Assembly: GCA_030141605.1 (NCBI GenBank)
Contig: JAQGDQ010000427.1
Location: 124,001-188,000 of the forward strand
Direction: 5' to 3'
Origin: Tubiluchus corallicola
Taxonomy: Eukaryota; Animalia; Priapulida
DNA: 64,000 nt
Shown: piece by piece, positions 10,916 to 25,419 of the stretch
Layout of the letters: each line of letters begins with the position of its first letter
How positions within the stretch are numbered: the first letter of the stretch is position 1
Position numbers and translations under genes: made by a program
The notes under the pieces: generated by a model
Seen by the model: only the letters and a program-made list of their open reading frames with translations
Databases searched by the model: none
What the model was told of the DNA's origin: nothing

Positions 10916-13725
10916 TTATCGCGTATAAAAAGTCGCTACGAAATAGTTGCAGAAAAATAACGCAGTACGGCAGGTCCGATAAACGGGTTCATTAAAAACA
11001 CATAAAGTGATTTTTACGCAATAACGCATAACGCATTCAGGGTGTCTAGTAAAACGCCGCTTTACTTGCTTGCGAATAGATTTATAAGGCACCGTGTTGG
11101 CCTCGTTCATATAATACAAACCTTCGACATCTTCGCATTGTAAAACAAGGCGTACTAAATTTTCGCAATTTTGGATTGGCGGCGACCGTAAACGCGCATT
11201 AACTGCTTATTCGGCAACGGTAAACAGACTATGCAGAATGAGCGCGCATTATTACCGTCCTTTCAGGAGCTGACATAAAGGACCGCGTAGAATGTTCGTG
11301 CATTATTGGTGATTAGCGGGCGGATTATTAGCGTTTTTTTCACACAGCTTCAACATTGTGCAAAATATTTTTGTTGGTGCTGTTCCTTCGTGGTGTGGGT
11401 AGTGTGACGTGGTTTCTTAATATTATGACGTCACAATCCAGCACTATTGCAGAAAATTCTTTGAATGAATGTAATGAAAGAACCTACGGAAGGGCATTAT
11501 ATAGAACATTATCATGACTAGAATGTAGCTAAAATAAGCTTTTTCACAATTTCGTTATGCAAACGCGCATCTAGATGCTGTAGGTCAAAGGTTAAGTGTA
11601 CCACAGCAACGCCGACACGTGACATATGAGTAAAGCTAAGCCTTCTGCCGCATCAGTTCAGTAATTTCAGCTGCGGCGCCGTTTCCTTGTTGTTTTGTGT
11701 GAATTTCACTTAATTATGCATTACTTTGTGCGATGTAGTGTAATTTACTAACACGATCTTGCTTGGGAACAACAAAAATTAACTGTTACTAGTTCAATAA
11801 CATGGTCTGGGGGGTGCTGTCTCGTACACTTATCCTTCGACCTTTTCCCAATCATCATCAATTTATTTATTTTTTTATTTATTATTTATTAGGCACAATA
11901 AATAAATATACACATTTTATAAATGATTAAAAGTAAACAGTAAAACTACATAGGCAAAGTCATATATTATTATATACTATTATCAAAATTATATAGGCTA
12001 CTTTTGAGACTAAATTTTACAGACTTACAAGATCTACTTCATAAGCAGAAGGCACCCGGTTCCAATCCAGGCTGTAATTCCAACTTTTCCTGAATTTCAA
12101 AATTCGTTTTCAAAATTCAATTAATTACGGTTTTGTACTATCATTAATAATAATCTTGACATTGCGTTTATAAGCAATAAACACCTGCGTAAAAGGTGGC
12201 ATAAGAACATTAATGGCATTTGAACTTATTAATTTTATATTTGAATTATCTTATCACATGTCAACACATTTGAGAGCAGTAAACCCTAAAATAATTATGG
12301 TGGCGAATAATAATTAGCATTTTTGTATTGCATTTAATAAGCACTCATTAAATTACGCTTTCCAATGTTTAATAATAAACACGAAAGCGAAATAAGAAAG
12401 AGCGAAAAGGCACTAACACATCAACGAAATGTTGTGTCCCAGAAGGAACCTATAATGCGCAAGAGTAACTTAAATATAGTCTGCTTAGCGTTAATGGAAA
12501 AACTGAAAAGAGGATTTTCAATATTTTCAACATTCCATTTCAGCTGATTCCCGCTTTGGCAAATTTTACTTTAAAACTCAAATCAGTCATCGGCAAATTA
12601 GGATAATTAACCCGGATAACAGCATCCAGGGTTATTGTGGTCTCAGCAATTTCTTCACTGTGAAGTGGCGCCGCCATGCGAACGCTTCCAACTCAATAAT
12701 TATGTGTAATTGGAAATGAGTCTTTGTGTAAATGGTAGAGGCAAAGTTCGTAAAAAATTTATAGCCAGAAAAATAATTAATGCAGTACCGCCATTAGTTT
12801 AAAGTAGAAGCTGCCATATGTTCACATCAACTAATTAACCTGCCAACCTTATAGAATCCAGAGAATTAAATCAAGGCTTCGCTACATTACTAACGACCAG
12901 TAACTATAGGAAATGCTGTTGCAAAGTATTTGAATGTTTTTCAAGGTGAAATGTGCTGAGCATTTGCACAGTGGCATTGTCTTCATTCTGGTAATTAATA
13001 ATTATAGGAACTTGCAATTCTGCTGGTTACAAGAAAATTTAAGAAAGTTTCAACGACGTTTAAAAAACTTGCGAAAGGGAATCGGAAGGATATTCACAAA
13101 TTACAAAATTAAGACTTACTATTAATTTTAAAATATTTTATAAGACTGGAAAGAACTAAAATTGTTTAAGTTGCCCTGCTACAGGAGTGAAGGTAAAGAC
13201 ATTTGTTGCTATAATGGAAAACTCAACCGTCGAGTTTCTTAACGAAATAATTGACGGAGTCTTACTTACGTTGAATAATGACACTAATTACCGTTATTAA
13301 GCATCTGTTTGTTAGACAACAGCCGTTACGTATGCAAGATTATTAAAATTTCATGTTTTGGCACTAGATAAATTAGATAATGCATTAAGATATTAACATT
13401 ACCTAAGCAAAACAGATGCGCGGTTTATAAAATATTTAAAGCTGACTGAATACTATTGCGAGCCGATTCTTTGTTCTATGCTAATAACAGTTAAGTGCCA
13501 TATGTCCAAATTTCATTATGTATTTATGAATAACACTTTAATCAGCAGTAATTCGTAGCTGTTTTTCATTGGGAGCAGATGAATTATTCACATTTTGTTG
13601 ATCCACGATTTGTTTTTTACATATCTCACTCAGAAATTTACATTTATAATAAATTAGAAATAAAGTGATCAACGCTTGCGCATTTTGCGCAGAATCTGCA
13701 TCCGAAAGCTGTCGCGTTTCATTAA

Positions 13726-14754
13726 AGGAAGACAGGATGATGTTTCATATACCACAACATTTTCAAGTCCGATAAAAAGTATACATTTTAACACGACTGA
13801 TATTGCAAAAGGGTTCTAATAATTAAATAAATAAATAAATAAATAAGATTAAAAACTTAAATAACGGCGGGGAGCCCAACTATTGATGACATCACTAGCT
13901 AAAATAATTTTCAACAGCAAAAATATTCCATGGGCGTGTTGCACGTATTTGTGAAAGAGAAAATTGAAGGACAGCGCTGCTGTAAGATATTCAGTGTGTT
14001 GTTGTACTAAAACTAGGCAAGGTTTAAGATAAAAATTCAAATTTCAAATTTACCGCTGTCCTCGCGCATTAGCTGTCGAACGTGCGTAATTCGTCCCAAA
14101 CTAACACATCTGAACTGAGAGGTACAGTGGCTGTTTTTTTGTGCAATACGTTTCCGGAATGCAGGCGTTAGCAGGGCCGTAGTCGGCTTTTGAAAAGTGG
14201 TCCGGTCACAGATACGGAACAGGTAGAAAAAGAATACAGCAGCAACATATAGAAGAGTATATTATAATTTATAATACAGAGTTATAATATAATAGAGCAC
14301 TACACATACTCAATGATGACATGATTGATTAAAACTTCCAAACACACATCTGCGCCGCTCATTTCTAGCAGTAAACTCGTTCACAATTTCCTTCAGGTCG
14401 AGAGCGTCTGTTCTATCCATATGTACATGCAAAGTCATGAGATTGTTCAGTCTAGTTTGAGTCATCGTACTCCGCAAATAAGTTTTTACTCTACGCAGGG
14501 CTGAGAATGTCTAGGCACGTATTGCAGAAAAAGTGGTCCGGCCATGGCCGGACCGGCCGGACCGCCGACTACGGCCTTGGTTAGTGTCCATCCAACCAGC
14601 GAATGGCGAAATGAGCGTAACAGCGAAGAACTAGTGGCGCAAACGTTAAATTGTGTTTGTGTGGTAATAATTCTTTTACGCAAGTCATTTTTGAAAAAAT
14701 AGTATGTTTCCTTTCAATATTTTAAAGAATAGATTATTTGGGTCCGGTATTACT
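13726..14754 (+). mobile_element. Kolobok-like non-autonomous element (family A) carrying a nested hAT
   Basis: TTAA on both sides (13722-13725, 14755-14758). AG...CT termini with imperfect TIR AGGAAGACAGGA / AGTAATACCGGA. Other copies lie elsewhere in the window. Confidence 0.7.
14172..14579 (-). mobile_element. Internally deleted hAT transposon retaining the transposase dimerization-domain end
   Basis: 16-bp TIR CA(G/A)GGCCGTAGTCGGC and flanking GTTAG duplication. Minus 14510-14329 reads TFSALRRVKTYLRSTMTQTRLNNLMTLHVH..DLKEIVNEF..RRCVFGSF*. Confidence 0.9.
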
Positions 14755-15104
14755 TTAAATAAGCTTATGATAAAATACATACAAACTTTGCAGTTTATTC
14801 AGCTCAATTTTAATTTCCAATATTACAAATGAAAAATAAATTCGAAAAAAGAACAATTGAAACCAGTCAGATAACTTATAACTATGACAGATTAAATATT
14901 GCAGGAAAACTGTGATTTCCATTGTGTACTATTTTAACACTGCATTCAAATCGCTAGGGCTAATCTTTAGCATTTAATAAAGCTTTCCAACCAATCACTA
15001 ACACGCACGGTGTAATGAACGTTTACCGAAAAATAAATATTTTTACAATAAGACAGTAAATATCACTAAGTGGTTTAGTTGAGCCCGAGGCAAGTGGTCC
15101 CTAG

Positions 15105-15270
15105 ATTTTTGGCGATGGATATTTGGGCGACGGGCAATCTGGGATGCAGTATTTGGGCCCAAGATAATTTGGGTCCAGGATATTTGGACCCCATGGATTT
15201 TGGGCCCCGGGGTGTTTGGGTCCAAACATTTGGGCTCCGGGATATTTGGGCTGCGGGATATTTGGGCCTC
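15105..15270. repeat. Degenerate ~15-bp tandem repeat (GATATTTGGG core), probably a DNA-transposon subterminal array
   Basis: About 10 copies of (GAT)ATTTGGG at regular spacing. Confidence 0.7.
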
Positions 15271-15364
15271 AGGCAATGATGTAACTGGAAGCAATTCAAT
15301 ATAATAGTTGCATCAGACCACTGTACAAAGTGAAGCACTGAATACTGATTCTATTTTATAGAAG

Positions 15365-15570
<206 letters not shown>

Positions 15571-15806
15571 TTCTTTACTGAAAATAAATATTTACATATA
15601 TAATTATATATGTGTATAATAATTAATGACAGATTCGATATTATTTTTATACAGCATTAAATGTAATTTTCGTTGTAAAATGGTGTGAAATCGTGAAAAA
15701 TTCAAACCAACGTAACTCGTCAAACGCTAAATCGAAAATCAAAATGGCGGATGACGAAAACGTTAATATAAATTAAAGGAAACTATTGGAAATTTCCACA
15801 GTGAGG

Positions 15807-17130
15807 TCAACAGACACTCCAATACATAAAAGTACCAAACAGGTAATAGTCATCTTTAATGTACTCCTCATCGTATCTATTTAACTGGTCTTCCTGTTGT
15901 TTGTAAATTGGGCAATCACGAGACAAAGCTTGGTGTTTGCTCTTACAATTTTTATACTTCATTCTGTCTGTCTGACTTGCTTTCGAGCTGTGATTCATTG
16001 CACACTTTCCGCATACAGTTTTACGGTCACTATTTTAGCCATATGATCAAAAGAGTAACAGTTATAACATAATAATGGCCGTTTTTTGAAGATGAATTTC
16101 AATACATTACAGTATATGTTCCCCACTGGTATGCCTTCTCTGATTGCTAATTCCAGATATTTATATGAAGGAAAACTGACTTTGACTAATGGCAATGTGG
16201 TTTTGTCTTTGCGCTTAAACCGTTCTACTTTGGCATCTGAAAATATTCACTTAATTTCTTCTTCCGTAATGTATCACAGTCTTTCAGGATGCCCAGGGCA
16301 TTTAATTTTGGTTTTCCTGCCACTGTGCCTTTACCTAAGAAGTTAGCCTGCCAACCACCCACTATTGCATTAGCATCATCTTCATTCTTAAGCTAAAGCT
16401 GTATCTTTCCTCTCGCTGTTTTATATGTCGTGTCAAATCTAACTCTAGGAAATACTTCACTTATATGTTTCTTAATGCTCATACTATTTTGCACAATTTC
16501 TCTCTCAGTGACATTCTTTCTCAATAATCACAGTTCACTCGGGGGATTACAATGCATATCTGGTATTGCACTTTCAGGTTTGCGGCTAATGCTGTTTGTA
16601 GATTTTCCTTCACTAGCAGTTTTAACCACGACGGCAGGTTGCCTCTTTTTTGTGCTTTCTCTTACCACTGAGCTGTAAGACGCTTTTTGTTTGTCTGACA
16701 TCTTCGTTAAATTGTCTCGTATTTTTCCTATTTCCAAGTCCATTCTGGACAGTTTGTCTAATACAGACTTTTGCACTACATATTCTTGATTCTCTTGTAG
16801 CCAATCTAATATATGACGTAATGTTGCTTGATTTTCTTCCTGTTCGACTAATTCTGTTATCTGCGTTTTTAGGTTGTCGATGTCGCTCCAACTGCGCTGG
16901 TTAATTTGAGTTAAGGAAACAGAATTTGCTCTTTCTCTGCTGGTTCCTGGCTGTATGTCCGTTGAATTGTTTTTGTCGTAGCATGCTTCACATATCACAA
17001 TTGAAACTAGCTTCCTACTAACTGGCTTTTTCGTATTTCGACATAGAGCGCAGCTTTTCCTCTCACCTATTGTAGGACCAGTTTGCGTTGCCTCTACCTG
17101 AACGTTTTCGTCGACAGGTGAGTAGACCAA
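15807..17130 (-). pseudogene. Non-LTR retrotransposon ORF1 (gag-like) remnant
   Basis: Coiled-coil region then SYSSVV, followed by three CCHC-type knuckles: CYNCYSFDHMAK, CGKCAMNHSSK and KNCKSKHQALSRDCPIY. Frameshifted. Confidence 0.8.
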
Positions 17131-17399
17131 TTAAGGTCTAATCAATGACACAATAGCCTCAACAAGCCACACTGACCATGAATTGCAGGATTGCAGTAGA
17201 ACTCGAAGAAATTCAACAGTTTTTCACTTTTAATATCTAAATCCAACTGTATAAGTGCAAATGTTTATTACCTTGTTCTTCTGTAGATATTTACACATAT
17301 AATGGTATCACTTTTATCATGTTAAACATGAAATTACTTTATAAAATTGGAAAAATTTGGAGAGCTTGTTAACAACACAAGACACGGTCACGATTGCTC

Positions 17400-17549
<150 letters not shown>

Positions 17550-19699
17550 TATTGCTGCTTTTTTATTGCTTGTTTTCATGTCAAATTTCCCGCGACTCTG
17601 TTCCGACCACGCCTATTACATGACGTCATATACGCACAATTTAAATCAGGGGCAGAAAAGGAAATGTTAAACCATGCCCAAAAGATTTTCCATGCAAAGT
17701 TATACTACTTAACATTTCGTTTACCTGCTAGAGTTATGTAACTAGAAAAGAAAATTATCGGTTTTTTAAAATACTTTCACCAATTGGTAAAATGTCACTG
17801 ACTCACCCTCCAGGGTGTATCAGTTACTAACCAAAAACGTATTTTTAATGTTATTAACAATAGTTTAAACTTTTGCTTAGTTAGTGACGTGTGCGCAACG
17901 AATGCTCTGATCATTTGTTTCAAACTTTACATAATGTTTTCTAAACTTGTTATGAACGACTTATCGTGAAAATGGCTTCGTCTAACGGTCATCGCGGGAG
18001 TTTAAATTTACATGCTTTATACAACGTTACGGCCGACGCAAGTCTTATATGCGAAAAGGGAGTATGTAAGTGGTATAAAATTCCAAAACGAAGCTTTATG
18101 TAAGTGGAGGGTTTTCTTGTGCATTAAGTTACATTTTTTATCCTTTTGCGTCTATATTAAATCTTGTTTCACCATTTCAGTTTTAGTTACAGTACATGAC
18201 CGAGTGCAAACTTTCCACTGCAAAAACTAATGTGAACAAAGGCTATGGTGCTAAGACATCTTCTGGCACATCTGATCACGTTCCGTTTACTGACTTAGCA
18301 GGTCAAAATAAACCATTGTTAATATCAGGCTTTTATATAGATAAGTATTGTTCACACCTATAATTGATCGACATTGTGTAGTTAATGTTGTTGTTTGTGA
18401 CGAAACCTGAGCCTAGTTTATTATCAAGGACATTTCACTGAAGCACGAGGAGTGTCACAGCCACATTCAAATGTGTGTAAGATTCTCAGTTATGGAGTAT
18501 ATGAAATACTAGAAATTTTTGACTTTATATATTAACTGATTCACTTATATTAGCTTATAGGTAATTTTAGAAAATGCCCAAATGCCCAGAATATGTCTGA
18601 TCACACTGATTTTACATAGTGAACGGATTAGAAGACAATTGTTATTGCTGGTCTTTATTCATTGATTAGCCTACTACTATTGTGTAGGCTTACTAGATTA
18701 CACGCCTGTTTTTCAGAAAGGAACGTGATTCTAGATTTCTTGCTCGCAACGTTTTTCAGAAATTTCACAGTTTTTGCTATTTCGCCTTCTAGTGTTAGAG
18801 CGCGAAAACTGTTCAGCTTTTTCTGTAATTTTTGATGACAGCAAGGATTGTCGGAAACGACCTGACTTCAACAATCCATAAACGTGAACTAACAAACACT
18901 GCCGTAATGATTCAACAGATGATTTTAAAAAGCAACAACTGTTTGTTATACACTTATAATCTCAAATTTGAGGAAAATAAACCGAAGACAGAAAACACGA
19001 ACACTCCATCATCTCGTCTATTCAACTAGAACAAAAAAAGTCACGTGCCAAATGCTCATGGCCAATCAAAAACTCTCTTGGTGTCACGTGCTTCGCGTTG
19101 GCAAAAAGGATGTTTTAATTTGCTTTGTTATTTTTATTATATCATAGGAAATCACGAAACTGAAGCCAACTTAAACAAACCACCCCGTTTTATTTAAACG
19201 AGATCTCTTGATCTCAAATAAAATATTTTGCTACCTCCAGATAATTTATGTCTTTTGGAAATATGCAAATTTATCTGCTAGGCTCCCAAAGAATTTCAAG
19301 GCAAAAAATTTGCTGTTTCTTTAGCTATAATCTGAAAGGCGACGTCCTTTCTATTTGTACAATTGAATTACCATAGTGTGATTAGCTCGACACTATAATG
19401 TGTTTACTCTGAATTTCCCTATCCAGGGTAGTTGTTACCTTTTATATAACTGACAATATACTTATTGTTTATTTATCATCAGTAGAATAATGTTTGTTCA
19501 TTATTATATGATCTGAAACCGTTTAGTTTCATAGATCATTTCTTGTTGCTATTAAATGTATATAGGTCGTATTATAATGATATAATGCAGCAGGCCTGAT
19601 GTTTCTCAATTTACTAATGCATGTAATAAATAAGCATCTTTATTTTTAATGTGAATCGTAATAATTAAGCGATAATAATTGAAATGTTTTAATGAGATG

Positions 19700-21260
19700 T
19701 TCTTGATATACAACACGAACAGGTAGACAGCAGCTTTAATTTCACATAAATTATACTCATTTCAATCAGAAACAAAGTTTGGGCGTTTTTCTAATTAAGT
19801 TAAAACTTGGGAATTCAAATTACGTGTCTCCCCGTTTTTTTCGTTTCGCAGGACAAAAATTACAAATGGCGCCAACTGGCGAATGGTTCAAACATGCCTT
19901 TGTGAAAAACCAGAAGCCTGTTTAGGGCCAGAAGAATAACTAAGACATTAGTCCATTATTGTAAAACTACAACAAGGTTAAAGTAGAAGATGCCATATGC
20001 ACCTAATTCCACTAATTCTACTTGTTCCACTAATTAAACCAGAAGCCGTTTCCTAAATAATTTAGTGCCAGAAGACTAATTAACGCACTAATTTATTACT
20101 GCATTGCTGCCATAGCAACAAAGTACAAATTGCCATATGCTCACCGCTCAATTTCATTAATTAACTTCCACTAATTCCACTGGTTTCACAAAGTAAACTA
20201 GAAGCCGTTTCATAAATAATTTAGTGCCAGAAGAGTAATTAACACAGTAAATCATTATTGCGTCAGCTCAAAGTAGGAATTGCCATATGTTCAAGCTCAC
20301 TAGGTAACTTCCAGTAATTCCACTGGCTTCAGATTTATTAACCCGGAAGCCAGTTTTTAAATAATTTATTGCCAGATGAAGAAATAACGCAGTAATTCAT
20401 TATTGTATTTACCAGAAAGCCATACTGTAAAACTAGAAACTGCCATATCTCCGTATAAACTAGTTAAGCTATCAACTTTAAAAAAAATATACACAGTGAA
20501 TAGAAAACAACGTTTATTGACTCATTCACCAACGAACAGTCATTTATACACGATTATATTAGCACAGCCTTTTTTAGTTTTAATAAAATCAAATGATGAA
20601 TAAATTTTATTGACATTTCAACAATTTTTGACAATGAAATACACTGACCACTTATCATATTTTGCAGCGTTTTTTAAATTGTCTTTTCACTAGAACCTCA
20701 AATAAAAAACTCCAGTCGTTTCCATAGAAAGGATACCAGTTTAAAATTAAATTTTTCTTTAAAGCCTGCTTAGAATTCACTTCACTGTACAATGCTAAAA
20801 TGCCTGCGATGACTACAAAGACATACTCAATCAAAAAACAAATGTTTTTAAGAAGTCGTTAATTTTGGAGGACCTAAAAAAGAGTCAAATGAGTTAAAAT
20901 TGCCTTGCGTAGACGTTGATATTGCCATACCTCCTGCATACTTGATTTACTAGGAAACTTGTTGTGCGTCTTTCAACTTCGCCGCGCTCATGATTAATTA
21001 ATAATTCACGGATTTTTCTTTTGTTCGAGTTGATCAACGCCACCATTATCGTAATTAAGCATCTTTTGCGGGCACATTCATGTTAGTTCATTAAAATTGG
21101 ATTGTACACCAGGTAATAGATCAGTCCTAATTAATTTTACCGTAGCAAAGCAGATGCAGCTGTTATATTATTTAGAGTAACCTAATTGAGTGGAGCCTTT
21201 GTTTCACGCTAATAACACCAACTTACCTTAATTACATTATACAATATAAATATACGCTTA
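19700..21260 (+). repeat. Unclassified ~1.6-kb repeat (family B) with internal ~150-bp subrepeats
   Basis: Reverse-complement copies at ~44410-46180 and ~55983-57490, and a fragment at ~12750-12850. TGCCATAT recurs at 19991, 20131, 20281 and 20441. Confidence 0.85.
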
Positions 21261-21264
21261 TCAG

Positions 21265-21872
<608 letters not shown>

Positions 21873-23499
21873 ATAAATATCATTTTTGTCAGCGTGTATA
21901 AAACGAACTGTATTTATTTTTTATATCACCGAGATTGATAGCCTATCAAATCAACATCTAATATTGCATTAGATAACATATTGAAATTTCAACAGTAAAA
22001 CAGTAAGAAGAGATGATCAAAATGGGGCTATACAGGCCTTTTTCCCGGAGTCTTGCGGTGGCAAACTCCCACACGACCACCGCTGCATCTGATGCTTCCT
22101 CTCTTAAAAATATCTCTTTTGGAAGAGAAATGTGCTAAATAGAACGTTTTAAATTTAGGACAAAGAAAATTATTTGCAATCATACTAAAAACCAGGAAAT
22201 TTCTGTACAACGTTAAAACGAAAATTCGCTAGAAAGTATTTAGAATATTAACGTAACAAAATTACAAGAGTTTTTCGCCCACAGTAAAACTGTTCTTATC
22301 AAAGAAGGTAAAACTGGTGTTTGTAGACTGTGCGAAAACAACGAATTTATATTCATTGTGGCGAAGTGGGTACCAACGCTTTTTATAGATAAAATAACTC
22401 ATTTATTATATATACAGCAATATATGAGGTTACAAAGAGACTCAAAGAGATTAACTGATTACATGTGTCTCTTGTGTACAAGGAATTTATGCAAGTTAAC
22501 GTCATATAAGCAGCTTTCAAGTAACTTAATATTTTGTGCAGTTACGACGGGTGCACCATCAACATATGCAAGCAATGAACTTTCATGTGTTTAACATAAA
22601 AAATTCCTAATTTCCATTTTACAACACTTTTTGTATAATGAAAAGTGCTCGGCTACATAATTCCTCCGCCCGCATGAACACATCAAGTTTTGATAAAAAT
22701 AAGGCTTAATATATTATCATAATTTGTAACTTATTGCATGAACTAACTACTGTGGATAATACGATTAGATATTAACAAAACAGTTAATTAGACATTCAGA
22801 ATGTCAATCATACTTCTAAGTGTTGACAATAATATTTGAACTACATAATCAAAATCCGCCGCAATATGGCGCTAGATTGCAAGTTAGATGGTTTTCTTAC
22901 TCTGTTATTAGCGGTACGTGTAGCGGTTTGCCGCTCGTAATGTGCTGGCTAATTGTTCACTACACGCAAAAACCGGACAAAACAACAATGTCTGCCGATT
23001 CGCTAATAGAGGGCAGCACCGTCCAATAAGAGTAAATTCAATCGGGCTGTTAGCAAGCTTCTATGATATACATTGCGTATGCAACTGGCGATGTAGAAAT
23101 AAATGAATATGCAAACCTATGACATGCAACAACGCAAAATGTAAAATGCAACTGAGTCTAACATGCACATAGAGATTGACCATTTATTCTTATTATTCTT
23201 AATATTATTATTTATTTTTTAAAACATGTATAATATACATTCCCTCTATTTGCAGGGATAAGTTTTAAAATTGCTAAAAGCATTTACAAATCATTAAACA
23301 TATTGTCATATGCATAATTTTAGAGTCTAATGCATTACACACAATGAAGACAACGAGAATAATAAACATGATCATCAATTCTAATGCAATTACACGTAAT
23401 AATAAATAAAACAAAGCAGCATGTAACAACAATAACCATTTGGCTATTAGTGTGAAGTCAAATTAAAAAAGCTCCTTTTTTATTACAGGCACTTTAAAA

Positions 23500-23980
23500 C
23501 ATTTATAGTTAATTAACAACACAACTTTATTAAACCTTTTACTTTACGTAATTAAAATCATGTCAAACGTTTCGACATGCTGCTGCTGTATCATCATAAT
23601 GATGGCAGCTGCAGTCTGTCGAAATGTTTGTCTTGATTCACTATGTACATTTAGCCTTAGTAATTTATAACTTAAGTCTTTACCAAATTCAAACTCTTCA
23701 ATGAATAAAAACGAAAATCAAAATAGAAGTTAAAATGCTGTCATGATGACAGCAGTAATCTGTTGAAATGTTTGGCATGATTTTAACTATGTAAAGTAAA
23801 AGTTTTAACAAAGTTGTGTTGTTTTTAACTATAAAAGTTAAAGTTAAGTTATAAAATGATAAATTAGCTTAAAATTTACTTAATTTCTATTTTTATTTTT
23901 GTTTTTATTCATAAAAGAGTTTGAATTTGATAAAGACTAAAATGATAAATTACAAAGGCTAGATGAACACAGTGAAATGC
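23500..23980. repeat. Interleaved inverted repeats (A-B-A'-B') containing Penelope-type hammerhead-like motifs
   Basis: 23500-23597 is the reverse complement of 23742-23835, and 23640-23733 of 23880-23975. Motif TGATGACAGCAG...CTGTYGAAAYGTTTGGCAT. Confidence 0.7.
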
Positions 23981-24559
23981 TACATTCTGCTAAGCGTTAT
24001 GCATAGTTTATTCTGAGATATGAAGCAGTTTAAATAAGCTTTAGATTCTCGTTTTGTTTTTGTTTTCCTAGATTAATCCCAGACGTTGACGTCGTCATCC
24101 TGTATTCAGTCCTTCACAATAACTCTCCCGCCTTTCTGTATTTTCTGCCTTCAAAATTACAAAATCAAAATGGCATTAAATTAAAAAAAATGTAGAACAA
24201 CGCAATATTCGCTATACAAACCTTATTGAACCAAGGCTTATTATATTTCTTGGAATTCGCATGTAATTCTTTGATAGTAGAGGAATAATCTTAATGTTCC
24301 GTAGCTTTTTCGCTGGAACAAAGATTGAAAGCTGTTTTGGATTGCTCGAGTGGCACTAAAAAAATATAGTTTCGGTTACCTTCTTCAAAACGTTACCCTT
24401 GCTTGACTTGCAGTTTTGTTTTCGCGAGTCTCATGGTACACAGCTTGCTCTACTTGAAATCGCTGATTGCATTTATGTAGCGCCAGAGAATAAAAACCTG
24501 TCTGGTTTTCTGCGTTCTTTATTGATTTAACTAAAACTTTTAACACTGTGACATTCTTT

Positions 24560-24980
24560 TAAAAAAATTAAATTGTTGCGGCGTAAAAAATATTGAGTTG
24601 CTGTTGTTTAAAAAGTATCTGCATCACAGAATGAAACATTAACCAAATAATTGGTGCATAGTCTAACCATATGTCAATTAAATGTGGTGTTCCCCGGGTG
24701 TTTACTCTAGGACCACTGTTGTTTCTGATTTTTGTGAATGCTCTGCAAAACATGTCCAGCTTGTTAAACTTCAGACTTTTTGCGGATGACAAGAATTTTT
24801 TATGCTGATCCAAGCTGATCCTTCATTTGCAAATATACAAATCGTACTCAGTACTGAAATTCCCATCTAAGCAATGGTTTTACACTAATGGATTATCTCT
24901 TAATTTGAAAGAAAACAAACTACTCGAAATTTTTAATTTGCACATAGATGGTAAAAAAATTGAAGAAAAAGAAATTCAGC
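24560..24980 (+). pseudogene. CR1/L2-group LINE reverse transcriptase fragment
   Basis: IKCGVPRVFTLGPLLFLIFVNAL...LFADDKNF, then WFYTNGLSLNLK. Confidence 0.88.
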
Positions 24981-25204
24981 GTATAATTCAACTAGATTTA
25001 CTGGCACAAGCAATTACAACAAACAAGAAAAACATTCTTTCCGATAACTTTGAACCGCTCTGCGAGCTTCGACAGCATTCATATCACAGTTGCTTTCCCG
25101 CCGTAAGGTTAGTGGACCGCGTTCCTTAATATACGCAACGTATTAAATTAGACTTCTTTGACTCACCAGGTTTTGCGAAAAAAAACCAGCGAAAAGGTTT
25201 TCAT

Positions 25205-25360
25205 TTTGGCAACCTGTGCCCGCCTTTCTTCACAAAGTTTCTTGGAAATCTGTTAGACAGTTTTTGTGTAATAGACTTACAGCCATAACAGACAAAAAAC
25301 AACCAAACAAAGAGACAAACAAACAGTGTTGAAGTATAACTTCCTTGGCATAGGCAAAAA
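25205..25360 (-). mobile_element. Possible Helentron-associated (DINE-1/HINE-like) non-autonomous element end
   Basis: Minus strand reads TTTTTGCCTATGCCAAGGAAGTTAT..(TGTT/TGTC)n..ATTACACAAAAACT..AACAGATTTCCAAGAAACTTTG. Recognised by resemblance only. Confidence 0.45.
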
Positions 25361-25419
25361 TTGCTAAAATAATTATCCTCCACTGTAACCGAAATCCAAA
25401 GCACGTATTTTGCTTAGTT

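Noticed and set aside
10918-11348. MITE with weak terminal inverted repeats
   Set aside because: The inverted match is short and imperfect, with no TSD or second copy in the window.
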